Shown here piece after piece: positions 39,045-52,847 of a stretch of 64,000 bases of DNA (positions within the stretch are counted from its first letter, which is position 1; every line of letters begins with the position of its first letter). Origin of the DNA: Octopus vulgaris (lineage: Eukaryota); contig OX597818.1 in assembly GCA_951406725.2 (NCBI GenBank), positions 56,482,001 to 56,546,000 on the forward strand. The letters run 5' to 3'. Under the pieces are notes generated by a model. That model ran no database searches, was not told the origin of the DNA, and saw only the letters and a list, made by a program, of their open reading frames with translations. A program made the translations under genes and the position numbers.

Positions 39045-39544
39045 TACTAGAGTGGATGTAAGCGCTAATATATGATTTACTATCGTTTCAAATAAAAACA
39101 AAAATGGAACAAGTGCACATTGAGTTATGCATTATTCTGATCTGAGGTACACAATGATTTAGAAATCAAATGTCATGGCTGGATTGCCGTTGACCATAGG
39201 CCTGCTCAGCGAGACCCGACCTAAAGCTACATCAATGTCTTTCCAACCCTTTTGGCCCAGGCCCCACTTCAGTTTCCCAAATTACATGCACACAAGTGTG
39301 AACAAAATATTTTGGTTCTGGAGCCCTTTGGTCCTAATTTTACTCTACTGGACCCTGTTAAACATTCAAGGTTTTAAACAAGTCCCATTATATCTTTATA
39401 ACCAAATATTATTAGGAATTGCATAATAAAAATTGTTAAAATGTTTTGTGCATTGGAGAAATATAAAAAAATTTTATTGCAGAAACTTTAACACCAAAGT
39501 CTTATATGAAGCCCCAAAAGGGCATATAGACCCTGGTTGAGTTG

Positions 39545-39800
39545 TAATGATGTTTCTGAGGTCTTAGGGGTTATCGGGTATTTCAGTATCAGTACCCCTC
39601 ACTTAGTTGACTCAGCCGGGGTTGATAAGGTTCTAACATGGATCCTAGTAGCAGCAAACCATTGCATTGGTCAACCTTATTTATACAAAACTTTCTAGAA
39701 GCCCATGCTGTAGCTTCAGTGGTGGAATTTTAGCTCTCGTCTTCGCTGCACCAGTAACTCCAAGCCCAGTTGGAGCTTTGTTGAGTGGAAGCCTAACAAA
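39545..39800 (-). mobile_element. Probable Hero (R2-group) non-LTR element 3' relic
   Basis: Minus strand gives LGVTGAAKTRAK, then after a frameshift STTEATAWASRKFCINKVDQ, resembling the LG.TG...RAI....EAAE.ASRWLWIKR C-terminus. It is followed by a 3' UTR-like ATCAACCCCGGCTGAGTCA...GAGGGGT...ACCCC. Recognised from memory only. Confidence 0.5.
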
Positions 39801-39805
39801 ACCCC

Positions 39806-40226
39806 GGCGTAGGAGTGGCTGTTTGGTAAGTAGCTTGCTTACGAACCACATGGTTCCGGGTTCAGTCCTACTGTGTGGCACCTTGGACAATTGTCTTCTA
39901 CTATAGCCTCGGGCTGACCACAGCCTAGTGAGTGGATTTGGTGGACGGAAACTGAAAGAAGCCTGTCGTATATATGTATATATATATATATATATACATA
40001 TATGTATGTGTGTGTGTGTATATGTATGTGTGTCTGTTTGTGCCCCCAACATCGCTTGACAACCGATGCTGGTGTGTTTACGTCCCCATAACTTAGAGGT
40101 TCGGCAAAAGAGACCGATAGAATAAATACTAGGCTTACAAAGAATAAATCCTGGGGTTGATTTGCTCAACTAAAGGCAGTGCTCCAGCATGGCCACAGTC
40201 AAATGACTGAAACAAGTAAAAGAGTA
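39806..40226 (+). mobile_element. SINE family A, full length
   Basis: Sequence identity with other copies. Confidence 0.9.
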
Positions 40227-40259
40227 GCCTATTTGAATTGTCTTGTAACAAACCCGCCA

Positions 40260-40904
40260 GCTCTTGTTTCTGTACTGCTTTACCAGTTCTTGGTTTTTGG
40301 TAAGATTTTTTCTCATAAGTTACCTACATGTGGTTTTCCCAGGGTATCACATTAACACTTTATGGCAACACTTTATTCACTTGGCCCAGTCTGAAGTCCC
40401 ACGCTACACCAAAATTTATTACGCCTCCACCTTGAGAAATAATACATTATGACAACAAGAATCTAATTGCAATTAAATATAAATTTTAACGAACTTGTTC
40501 TTCTGTAGTACATTTTTGCATATAATTTGTTCTTTGTATATATTAAAATGGTTTGACATGTTAGTACAAGACCAGATATTTTATGCATTGTGGAGCTCTA
40601 GTTTCTGTACTGCTTTACCAGTTCCTAGTTTTTGGTAAGCTTTTTCTTATAAGTTACCTGCATGTGGTTTTCCCAGGGCATTGGCAAACTTTATTCACTT
40701 GGCCCAGTCTAAAGTCCCACGCTGCACCAAAATTTATTATGCCTTGAGAAATAATACACTACGACAACAAGAATCTAATTGCAATTAAATATAAATTTTA
40801 ACGGACCTGTTCTTCTCTACATTTTTGCATATAATTTGTTCTTCGTATATATCAAAATGGTTTCATGTGTTGGTACAAGACCAGTTATTTTATGCATTGT
40901 GGAG
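40260..40904 (+). repeat. Tandem duplication of ~310-335 bp of non-SINE sequence
   Basis: GCTCT(T/A)GTTTCTGTACTGCTTTACCAGTTC starts at 40260 and 40595; both units end TTTTATGCATTGTGGAG. Confidence 0.92.
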
Positions 40905-41478
40905 GCGTAATGGCCCAGTGGTTAGGGCAGCAGACTTGTGGTCATAGGATTGCAGTTTCGTTTCCTAGATCAGGCGTTGTGAGCATTTATTGAGTATGCA
41001 TTGTGGAGGCGTAATGGCCCAGTGGTTAGGGCAGCAGACTTGTGGTCAGGATTGCGGTTTCGTTTCCTAGATCAGGCGTTGTGAGCATTTATTGAGTATG
41101 CATTGTGGAGGCGTAATGGCCCAGTGGTTAGGGCAGCAGACTTGTGGTCATAGGATTGCGGTTTCGTTTCCTAGATCAGGCGTTGTGAGCATTTATTGAG
41201 TGAAAACATCTAAAGCTCCACGAGGCTCCAGCAGGGGTCGTGGTGGTGGTGAACCCTGCTGTACTCTTTCACCACAACTTTCTCTCACTCTTTCTTCCTG
41301 TTTCTGTTGTACCTGTATTCACAAAGGGCCAGCCTTGTCACACTGAATCTCCCCAAGAACTACATTAAGGATACACATGTTTGTGGTGTGCTCAGCCACT
41401 TGCACGTTAATTTCACGAGCATGCTGTTCCGTTGATCGGATCAACTGGAACCCTCGTCGTCATAACCAATGGAGTGCC
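40899..41478 (+). mobile_element. SINE family C with a triplicated ~103-bp tRNA-like head
   Basis: TATGCATTGTGGAGGCGTAATGGCCCAGTGGTTAGGGCAGC...TTTATTGAG occurs three times before a single body and tail. Confidence 0.92.
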
Positions 41479-43649
41479 ATGATTTTATGCGCTTTGAGTA
41501 AGTCAATTACACCAACCTGAATGCTCAAATGGTATTTAATTTATTTACACCAAAAGTATCAAATATAAAGCCAGATTCGGTGGCATTTGAACTCAGAACG
41601 TAAAGACGGGAAGAAATACTGCAAAGCTTTTTTTCTGAAGTGCTAACGATTCTGCCAGCTTGCCACCTTTCCTTGTAAACATGCCCATCACTAATGAGCT
41701 GCACTGGACGGCACGCTTCCTCACTGTTCAATGATGCATCCTCAAAACTAGAAAATATAGTTTACGAAAATCTTTCCGCAATACATTTATTGAAGTCTGA
41801 CTAAAATGCCTATCACTAAGGATGGTACTGGCCCCTAATTATTCAATGGTGCACTCTCAGATTTAGAAGAAAACAGTTTACAAATATCTTCCCACCCTGA
41901 ATATTCTTAAGCACCCCCAAGCACCAAAGTTTGGCGATGAACCTGCTCGTATGATCCTTTCTGTTATAGACACAAGGCCTGAAATTTTAGTGGAAGGGGC
42001 TAGTCGATTATGTTGACCCCAGTGCTTATCTGCTCCCTATTTTAATGATCCCTAAAGGATGAAAGGCAAAGTTGACCTCAGCAGAATTTGAACTCAGAGC
42101 ATTAGGTACTAACGATTCTGTCATTTCACCACCTTTCCCTGTACAAAAACAAAAACATTAATATAAAAGACGCAAGCATTTGACAAAAATGGTCAATTGC
42201 TGGAAGGCATCGTGGTATATGGTTCAGTAATTTTATGTCTTGAGTTCAAATCCTGACTTTGACCTCGATGCTTCCAAGATTTGATCAAATACAAAAGAAC
42301 CAATCAAGCATAATGGATCATGCCACCCCTCATTTCCAATTCCGCCTTGACCGTGCTGCGATGGATTGGCAGAAACGTTAGAGTACATGTTTACCCCGTC
42401 TTCTTGTGTTCTGAGTTCAAGTCATGCTGAGGTCAACTTTACCTTTTATCTTTCGGTGTTCATCAAATAAAATGCCAGTCTAGTACAGGAGCCAGTGTCA
42501 ACAACTAACCCCTTACCCTAATTTTCTGACCGTGTGTTTATGTTAGAAGCAATAATAACAACAGCAAGGTCAACAGTATGAACTCAGGCCTCCCTGCTCG
42601 GTAGCCAAATTGGTCACCCACTTCCTTCAATGTACCATACCTTCTACAGCAGCAAACACACGCATATAAAATAACCACCCTATGCTATCCACACCTTACA
42701 CTACGCCAGTGGAAGATGACAGGTTAAATGGATTGCAGCCAGTTGGAAGAATCGTTACGGTGCCAGAAAAAAATGCTTAGCAACATTTTGTCCGTCTTTA
42801 CCTCGAGGTCAACTTTGCCTTTCATCTGTTTCGGGATCGATAAAGTAATTACCGGTTGAGTGCTTGGATCAATACAATCGACTTAATCCCTCCCCCACTG
42901 AAATTGTTGGCTCCGTTCCAAATTTTGAGACTAAAATTTAGTTACACTGGTGGCAAGCTGGCAGAATCGTTAGCACACCTGGCAAAATGCCCAGAAGAAG
43001 TTTGTCCGTCTTTACGTTCTGAGTTCAAATTCCGCCGAGGTCGACTTTACCTTTTATCCCTTTCGAGGTCAATAAAATAAGTACCAGTTAATAACAGGGG
43101 TCGACATAATCGACTTACCCCGTCCCCTTAATTGCTGGCCTTGTGCTAAAATTTGAAACTAAAATTTAGCTACGATCCTTTGCATTATAAGCTTGAATCC
43201 GGCAAGGGTTGACTTAGAGCTTCACTCAGTGATATTCTGGTTCAATTAGGGGCCATATAAAGGCATCAAATAAGTAGGAAGAGCACGTTGTGTAGCTTCA
43301 GAGTGAGGTTTATGATTTAAAAGGTTCCAGGCGTGACCATCACATCTTTTTTCAGACAGAGCATCAATTTAGGACCAACCACATTAACCCTTGTTTATGA
43401 CGGTTCCGTTTGATTTGGCAGTAATTTGGCCGCTCTTTCTAGCAGGTCGAGTGGCTTCGTACAGACTCGACCGTAGGCTTCAAGCATTTGTTGTTGTAAG
43501 TTGTGCAGGAAATGTAAATAATGAGATCTGGATAAATTCCTTGTTTTGCATGGTCGTCCATATATTTACTTATAAGCAACAGACCTCGGAGGAGGGTGGT
43601 GGAGCCCCGCATTGTGAAAGTAACGATAAGAAATTTAGTGTCACCGCCT

Positions 43650-44118
43650 CCACCACTACTACTACTAGTACTACTAGAATTACTATTACTACTACTGCTA
43701 CTACAAGAATTACTACTACTACAACAACAAAAATTACTGCTACTACTAATACCAGTACTAAAACAAACCTTACTACTACTACTACTACTACTACTATTGG
43801 TACTACTATCATTACTACTACTACTACTACTACTACAGGAATTACTATTACTACTACTACTACAAAAATTACTACAAGAATTACTACTACTACTACAACA
43901 GCAAAAATTACTGCTACTACTAATACCAGTACTAAAACAAATCTTACTACTACTACTACTACTACTATTGGTACTACTACCGTTACTACTACTACAGGAA
44001 TTACTATTACTACTACTACTATTACTGCAAAAATTACTACTACTACTACAAGAATTACTACTACTACTACAACAGCAAAAATTACTGCTACTACTAATAC
44101 CAGTACTAAAACAAATCT

Positions 44119-44160
<42 letters not shown>

Positions 44161-44510
44161 AGGAATTACTATTACTACAATAATTACTACTACTACTACC
44201 ACCACCACTGCTGCTGCTACTACTACTACTACAACAATTTCCACGACTACTACTGCTACTTGTACAAACGTCAACGATGTCGTCAACTGTACCACCACCA
44301 CCACCACCACCACCACCTCTTGCGCCTATGCGCTACTGCTACTACTACTACAACAACAACAACAACCTTAGTACTATTAACTAAAACTGTCATTATTTGT
44401 TACTACCATTAAACACAATTAAACTACCGCAACACCCGCCACTAGTACTACCACTGCAACTACCGCAACCACCGCTACTACTACTACTGCTACTACAACT
44501 ACTACTACAA
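43650..44510. repeat. (ACT)n-based minisatellite with three higher-order units
   Basis: AAAAATTACTGCTACTACTAATACCAGTACTAAAACAAA recurs at ~43730, ~43905 and ~44080. Confidence 0.9.
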
Positions 44511-44579
44511 GCTCCGTTATAGATTATCACCAGCAGCACCAGCAGCAGCAGCAGCAACCTCTACACGTATAGTCAAGTC

Positions 44580-44905
44580 AGCCACCATTTAATTCGCTCG
44601 CCTCCCCCTGCTTCGTGTTACCCCCTATATATTATTATTATTATTATTATAACACTGCAGTATATAGAATTCTTAATCTTCTCACACGCTCGCTCCTCCA
44701 CCCGAAACTCCTGACGACAACAACAACAACAACATCATCATCGTCATCATTAGCAGCAGCAGCAACAACAACAAGGCTTTCCACTGCAGGATCGGCTTAC
44801 CACGTGATAGGTTTTTCCTACCCACCACTTTTAAGATAGAGCAAAAATATCTCTCCTCTGCTCTGCTCTGTCCCGTCGCACATTGCAAGACCCGAGTTTA
44901 ATAAG
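44580..44905 (+). promoter_or_regulatory. Candidate promoter and non-coding first exon of the claudin-like gene
   Basis: Locally CpG-retaining unique sequence (two CGCTCGC motifs, E-box CACGTG at 44801) ending in a strong donor AAG|GTGAGT (intron starts 44906). The link to the 63366 exon is inferred. Confidence 0.45.
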
Positions 44906-45145
44906 GTGAGTTTACTCAGTTTTTTCTCTCTCTCTCTCCTTCTACAATTTTTCCCCCCCTCCCACTTTACATCCACCCCACATCTCTACTACCATCATCA
45001 TCATCATCATCATTATTATCATCACATACATATATAATCAATTACAACGGATGGAAGAAGACCTATTGACTTTGAATTAATTAATTAAACTCAAATCAGA
45101 GTTTATTCGTTTTTATCGAAGCAAATGCACCTCACCAGCCCTACC

Positions 45146-45187
<42 letters not shown>

Positions 45188-45429
45188 CCACCCTTTGTAA
45201 ATCAAAACACACATAAATAGTTTTGGTGATATATTGTGCTTTTTTCTAAATATCAGACACGTATGCTTGGATGAATGGATATATATATATGTGTACATTT
45301 GTGATAGCTGTATCTTTAATCCTGTTGAATATTTCATAACAAAACTTGCTTCTTTGATTGCATTCGATCACCTTGTTCCTTTTGGTTTGCTGTCATTATT
45401 ATCATTATTATTATTATTATTATTATTAT

Positions 45430-45622
45430 TTCCTTCCCCTTATTGGGAATTTTAATTGTTATATTTTCGTTGTTATCTCTGGAATTTTTACACGTTTTTG
45501 TTTTGCAAACGGACAAAACCCTTTGTAACTTTCGCGTCCTGTGTTTTTTGTCCCTTTATGTTTTTAATTAATTTTTGTCAGCCCTTGTGGGCCAATAAAC
45601 GAATTATTATTATTATTATTAT
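45430..45622 (+). mobile_element. Non-LTR 3' tail in an (ATT)n tract, resembling the SINE B 3' end
   Basis: Ends CAGCCCTTGTGGGCCAATAAACGA(ATT)n, compared with SINE B TAGCCCCTTGTGGGCAATAAAGAAATA. Confidence 0.5.
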
Positions 45623-46419
45623 TTTTTGTGAGAGTACTGGTGAGGTTGTTCTGTTCTGTTCTGTTTCGTTGAAGTTTCTTTCCTTAGTTTTAATACCCCC
45701 GCCGCCGCCTTCTCCTCCTCCTTCTGCCTCGCACCTGTTCATTCATCCGTGCCATCTTCCTCTGAATTCATTCATCCAATATTGCAGCCAGGAAATGCAA
45801 CATATACGAAAATGACGTCTTCAGACGTCTGTGTGCTTGTTTTATACACAGACATACACACACACAAACGTTTGCAAGCAGTTGTTTATATTTGGCTTAC
45901 ATGTGTTTCAAAATATGGAATAATATATTTAGAGAAGAGAGAATAAAAAAATATTTTATTGATGGCTGTCGTGTTGTGAAGGTTCGAGGAGAGGGTGTAT
46001 AGGGCTTTTTTTTTGTTTTGAGAAAATGCTTTCCCATTTATTTTTGAAATGCATAGTACAAAAAAAAAAAAAAAAAAGCAAGGATTAAAATTCCACCCAA
46101 AACAGAAAAACCCAAAGTGTGTCAGCTATTCCCAAACCCCGCCAATGCTTGCATATATTTGCATGCATACACGTATACATATTGTTTGCATATTGTGCGT
46201 ATACAGGCGTGCATGCATAGATATATACATACATATATATATATATATATACCAATTAAGGACTGAACACGGAAAGTGGACAGTCAACATGCTAGATATA
46301 GACGTCGTGTTCAGTCCTTAATTGGTATATATAAATATTTTAATCTTCGGATTCTTTTTTAATATGCTAGACCCACTGGTTTTAATTGATAAATATCAAT
46401 TTCTACCCTTAATTAATTT

Positions 46420-46468
<49 letters not shown>

Positions 46469-49400
46469 CACACACGTATATATATGTGTGTGTGTGTGTA
46501 TAAATAATGAAAAAGTAGTACTTCAGAAATATACTAAAGCCTTTCTCACGCCGTTCTCAACCATACTCAGGTTTTGCTAACACATCAGTGATTATAAAAC
46601 AAGCACACACAGTACATAGCTTCCGTTTATTTGTTTTCTGCACTAACCAGTCAGCAACTGTCTCCTGGCCCATTTGAGAGCCTTTTCATGGTCGTTTGAA
46701 TTGCTGGAAATAACTGCCAAATCTACCTCGACTCGCTCTCTGCCTGACTTGGTAAAAAGACACGCAGGATGTAGTTCTTGGCTTCCTTTTGCACAGAGGA
46801 AAAATAAATAAAAAAAAGGATCAGTCTCGACTGGAATCCTTTGGATGCTGAAGTCTGCCACGGTTAGAGATGACGTGTGTGTCTAAACAATAACAATGGT
46901 CTTTAGAAAACCCCTCTCTCTCATTTCGAATAAACCCTGTTACAGCCAGTTATTGTTCCATGTCGAGCTGTATGGAAATCTCCCCACCTCTCTCTCTATT
47001 TAAACTCATAAATGCTACTGGTGTCTTGCTAAACAGCCTTTGGATTAGGTATGATGAAGGGGGAAATCGATAAAACTAGGGTGTTGGCAGTGTATATATG
47101 TTGGGACCCTACAATATCTCAAACTTTGTGTGAGGATACAGTTCTCTTTTTCTCTCCGTATTTCCTTTGTGTGACGGGTGTCAAGTTTTTCCTCGGATAA
47201 AAAGTATATATTTGGGGGGAAAAAAAATGCCTATTTAAGACAGCTTTGGCCTTTTCTAAAAGCCGAGTTTCGGGCTATTTTATTCCAAAATAGTACTCAA
47301 TAATTCATATGTTAGGCGATAGCTAATATGACTTTTTTTAAGTAAAAAAAAAAAAAAAGAAGAAAAATTAAGTAAACTAATTTAACTTCTCGTTGTTTAA
47401 TTTAATTTAATTTTCTTTTCGTTGTAAAATGTCTGCAGGAAATAAATTGACGTGTTCTAACTGCTTTTTCGCTAATATTATCTAAATATTTACTTTAATA
47501 TCACTTAAATGTGTACTTCAAAAAATTTATGAAAGCACTATGTAAAAAAAAGAAAAAAAAAAAAAGAATTAAATATAGATAAAACTAGTTCCAGGCAAAT
47601 TTGCTGGTGAATATTTTTTATTTAGAATCTACAATCTAAATATAATAATCATCGTAAACTAATAAACTCTTTTTAAATGCAAGTATCTTGTCATATTACT
47701 CGGAAATTGATAATATATGAATATATATGATAATATCGACGCCATAATTTTGCTCGACTTTCTTTCCCAAGTTCTGCTTTTTCATCGACACGGTTGAGTG
47801 AATCCTAAAAGAAGATTGTTGGTTTATGTAGTAATAAAATAATTTTGAGTTTATGAACTTTATATATTGACATATAAACATTTATGTATTAATAAGAAAC
47901 AAGTTTTTATCTTCACGGTCTGTTTAACGAGTGTTTTATAGAACGGATTTAACCAGTCACGAACGACTTGCGCCAAATGCGAAATGAACGTTACTGATTC
48001 TTAGAAACCAGTAAATAATTTCTTGTAATAAAACACATTTTGATTTTATTGGAACAAAACGTGTGCAATGTTGCGATTCTACCCCCGCTCTGTCTTTCCG
48101 TCTGTTATGATTTAAGCGAAAAAAATCTGGAATTGGAAATTGAAACCTACATCCTTTCTTTTTGTTTTTGATATTTTTGATATTCAACAAAGGCCATTTA
48201 AATATCACGTTAAAAGTCTAACAATCTTTAATTAGGTAATGACTATTGCTGCCTATATCTTAATGATTTATTTTTTTTGAATCAAAATAAAATAAAATAC
48301 ATAATTTTATTCTTAAGTATTTGAAACTCTTAAAACTTTCGGAAAGGTTATGGTTTGCGCAATTTCTGGTTGTCGTGTGATCTACTTAACAAATAACTTC
48401 TGTTGATTGATATTAAGAATTCTTGCTATATTTATTCATGGTTCGAATCACGCGATCCATTGACACACATTTTGTCGTTGAGTCATCTGAATCATCTTAT
48501 TGATATTAAATTGGGATTCTTGTCGCAAAATCCTTATCGGTCCCACTAACTTTAATCCTTACCCTGTTCTAAACAGTCCCTAAACATCTATGCTTGTGTT
48601 TCAAACTTTTAATTAACCCTCCTTTTGTACTTTCTGAGTAATATAAAGTTTTATTTTCATAAATCCAGCGTAATTCTAATGGTTCTACAGAAAAAAAACA
48701 AATGAAGGAAATATGCATGGTCAGTTCTACAACCGTTAATCCAGACACGTTTTTTTTCTTCCGCTATATCTTCCCTTCTATCTGTTTTCTGTCCTCACTC
48801 CTCTCTATATAAGAGCATAGGTCTGAAACGTTGAAGACTCTCCCATTTTTTTCCTGAGCGTCAAACTAATACACTCTTTGTTGCTCCCTCACCTGTCTCT
48901 GTCTTTTGATTTTTGTACACTCCTGAACCATATATGATGCATGGGTACCAGGGAAATGCATCCACTATATCGCATGTGATACACAGGACGGATAAAGGGT
49001 TAAAAAGGACCAACCAAACTTTCAATAACATCAATACAGTATAAACTTTATGGTTTCGAAGTTCAAGTTGCCCTATCTGTAGTTCCAGTCGAAGTAATCA
49101 GTCAAGGCCTCGTTAACAACCGCTTCTTTCCTTTGTTTCTCGGTGACACGATGTAACTACTGAAACCAGAAAACTAGTCCAGGGAAGAAGTCTTTTACAT
49201 ACACCAGTAGCTTAGACTTGTTAGAAAGAGCAAAGTAATGTCTGGCATAGCACATATTACTGTCTTGAAAATAAAAAAGTATCATAGGCTATCCTCACGA
49301 CCTGTGGGTGAACAACTCTTAAGAAATGATAAAAATTTCTCAAACTTGTTTCCATTAAATTAATTCTAAATTATTACTACACCACAAAATATAATTTATA

Positions 49401-49490
49401 AATCATGATTACAAAATAAATTTAAATTAACTATTTTATACTCGAATACAATATAATTTAAATAACATTAAGAACTCTAATTATTTCTGT

Positions 49491-49895
49491 GAGTGGCTGT
49501 GTGGTAAGTAGCTTGCTAACCAACCACATGGTTCCGGGTTCAGTCTCACTGCGTGGCACCTTCGGCAAGTGTCTTCTGCTATAGCCCCGGGCCGACCAAT
49601 GCCTTGTGAGTGGATTTGGTAGACGGAAACTGAAAGAAGCTGTCGTATATATGTATATATATATATATATGTATGTGTTTGTGTGTCTGTGTTTGTCCCC
49701 CTAGCATTGCTTGATAACCGATGCTGGTGTGTTTACGTCCCCGTCACTTAGTGGTTCGGCAAAAAGAGACCGATAGAATAAGTACTGGGCTTACAAAGAA
49801 TAAGTCCCGGGGTCGATTTGCTCGACTAAAGGCGGTGCTCCAGCATGGCCGCAGTCAAATGACTGAAACAAGTAAAAGAGTAAAAAGAATAAAAG
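49491..49895 (+). mobile_element. SINE family A
   Basis: Near-identical to 2137-2541. Confidence 0.9.
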
Positions 49896-50704
49896 TCGTT
49901 GATTTAATAAAAATATTTAAATTAACATAGAATACTTTAATGATGCTTAAAATAAATTACAAAATAGCTGGCACATCTAAGGAGAATTTACAAATATGTT
50001 CAGACATTATTTGTCAAATACAATTTAATGGTTGCATGAAAAAAATCTCAACAACTTTCTTCCTACTTTTATGTCAAGGGGTGTTATATTATGTCTGACA
50101 TCATAATCACCGTTATAGCTCTTGAACTGCTTTCTCTATTGTAAAGCTATCGACGTAGAAAGGTGGAGGGGTAGTCTGTTTTATTACTGATCCTTAGCAT
50201 CACACTTCATTAAAACGAGGAATTCCCGTTATCTGATATCCAGCTGTTATGAAACCGCCTTGAAGTAGTTTCCATAATGTATGAATCACTAATAGCGTTA
50301 CAAGTCGATCATACCTGTATAGGTGATGTGCTATTGACTGACACCTGCCTGACAGGCATATTTAGTTCCACTTTAATGAGGCATTTGTTTGGTGCTTTCT
50401 GAAGGAAAGAAACAAGGAGGGGGAATGGTTTTAGGAAATCTTTCGTGTAAGACAGAATTTGTGTAACACATATTTCTAACTCGTCTCAATTGTCTTCGAC
50501 ATAATTTGGCGTTAAATTACCAATGTTTACCAATGTTTTCTGCCTCGTTGAAAACTTGTTTGAAAATGCTCAATCGGCGCAGGTGTGGTTGTGGTAAGAA
50601 GCTTGCTTCCCAACCACATAGTTCTGGGTTCAGTCCTATTGCCTGGCACCTTGGCTTTGGGCCGACCAGAACCTTGAGTGGATTTGGTTGACGGAAACTG
50701 CTAA

Positions 50705-51120
50705 GGCAGCAAGCTGGCAGAAACGCTAGCACGTCGGGCGAAATACTTAGCGGTATTTTGTCTGCCGTTATGTTCTGAGTTCAAATTCCGCCGAGGTCGA
50801 CTTTGCCTTTCATCCTTTTGGTGTCGATGAATTAAGTACCAGTTATGCACTGGGGTCGATGTAATCGACTTAATCCGTTTGTCTGTCCTTGTTTGTCCCC
50901 TCTGTGTGTAGCCCCTTGCGGGCAGTAAAGAAATAGGTATTTCGTCTGCTGTTACGTTCTGAGTTCAAATTCCGCCGAGGTCGACTTTGTCTTTCATCCT
51001 TTCGGGGTCGATAAATTAAGTACCAGTTATGCACTGGGGTCGATGTAATCGACTTAATCCATTTTGTCTGTCCTTGTTTGTCCCCTCTGTGTCTAGCTCC
51101 TTATGGGCAATAAAGAAATA
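50705..51120 (+). mobile_element. SINE family B dimer nested inside a SINE A-headed element (~50577-51390)
   Basis: Head plus two bodies with junction AAAGAAATAGGTATTTCG at ~50936; host sequence GGAAACT is duplicated on both sides. Confidence 0.88.
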
Positions 51121-51944
51121 GGAAACTAAAAGAAGCCCGCAGTCGTGTGTGTCTGCGTATATGTCTGCTTGTGTTGGCATTACGTAATGATTGTAAGCTA
51201 GTGTCACCATCAGACTGGCAGTGTTGTTCATTTCCAGATGGATGTCCGGTTGCTGGGAAATATTAACTTGATTGGAAGCAGGAGAAAGTTTGGCAACAGG
51301 AAGGATATCCGGTTGCAGAAAATCTGCCTCCACCGATTCCGTCTGACTTACACAAGAATGGGAAAGTAGATGTCAAGATGGTGATGATATATTCGTCTTT
51401 GAAAATTTGCAGTTATTTTAGTAGGTGTGGCTGTGTGGTAAAAAGTCTGCTTCCCAAACATATGGCTCCGGGTTCAATCCCACTGCATGGTACTTTGGGC
51501 AAGTGTTTTCTGCAATAGTCTCAGACTGACCAAAAACTTTTGAGAGGATTTGGTATGTGGAACCTGGAAGAAGTCTGTCGTGTCTGTGTTTGTCTCCCAT
51601 CACCGCTTGACAACTGGTGTTGGTTTGGTTACGTCCCTGTTATTAGCAGTCGGGCAAGAAGTCAGATACAATAAATTCCAAACTTTAAAAAAGAATAGTA
51701 CTAGAGTTGACAAAATAATTCTTTGCGGTGGTGCCCCAGGATGGCTGCTGTCTAATGACTGAAACAAAACATCTGCTGACAAGGTTGCAAAAGCAAAAAA
51801 AAAAAAAAGTTTGGAAAAGAAAAAAAATATGAATAATAAATGAGTGGAAATTAAACCGGTGTGTGTGTTAGATATTAAGGCAGTATGACTCTCTACAGAC
51901 GCGCACACACACACACACACACAAATAAAGCCTTTTACAAACTC

Positions 51945-52403
51945 CATGTCAGTGGCACATAAAAGGCACCATTCGAGTGTGATCGTTACCAGCATCATCT
52001 TACTGGCACTCGAGCCCCGTGGTAGTAGGGTATTAAGAGCACCATCCGAGCGTGATCATTGCCAGAGTGGCTATCTGACCTCCGTGCCGGTGGCATGTAA
52101 AAGACACCATTCGAGTGTGATCGTTACCAGCGTCGCCTTACTGGCTCCTGTGCCGGTGGCATGTGTAAAAGATTCGAGCGAGGTCGTTGCCAGTACCACC
52201 TGACTGGCCCTGTACCAGTGGCACGTAAAAGCACCCACTACACTCTTGGAGTGGTTGGCGTTAGGAAGGGCACCCAGCTGTAGAAACTCTACCAGATCAA
52301 GATTGAAGCCTGGTGCAGCCATCTGGTTCGCCAGCCCTCAATCAAATCGTCCAACCCATGCTAGCATGGAAAGCGGACGTTAAACGACGATGATGATGAT
52401 GAT
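51945..52403 (+). mobile_element. RTE-type LINE 3' UTR fragment with (GAT)n tail
   Basis: Reverse complement of the 22642 family; associated with a ~60-bp flanking duplication (ATTAAGGCAGTATGACT...AAATAAAGCCTTTTACAAA at ~51874 and ~52402). Confidence 0.88.
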
Positions 52404-52424
52404 TAAGGCAGTATGACTTTCTCT

Positions 52425-52464
<40 letters not shown>

Positions 52465-52847
52465 ACACATGCAAAAATAAAGCCTTTTACAAATAATTTT
52501 ACACGAAATCTATAAATAACCATTGAAAACCAACTGTCATTGAATAGTTTTTCCAGCTGAATTTATTAGAATAAAACCAGTTTCTAAATACTGAGCGATT
52601 GGCAATGAAACTCTTTTCCATTACCAGCTTTAATTTTTTGTTTTCGTCTGAAGCATTGATTTGGTTCAGACTTTTAAAGTTTTATTCCCAAGATGCCAAG
52701 CAGTCAATTAAGCTGAGAGGTAACGACTTGAGACTCTTTATCCATAACCGTCAGATTTTACTTTTCTTTTCTCACCTCATTTAAATTTATCGACGTCTTA
52801 GATTCTTTTTTCAAAGTTGGTCTCTCTCTCTCTTTACTCTTTTTTTT

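Noticed and set aside
43391-44371. 326-aa Thr-rich mucin-like ORF and overlapping poly-V/poly-L ORFs
   Set aside because: Starts at TTG; openness in several frames follows from the (ACT)n repeat; no splice or domain support.
48614-49003. TTAACCCT...AGGGTTAA possible piggyBac MITE
   Set aside because: The inverted match extends only ~4 nt beyond TTAA.
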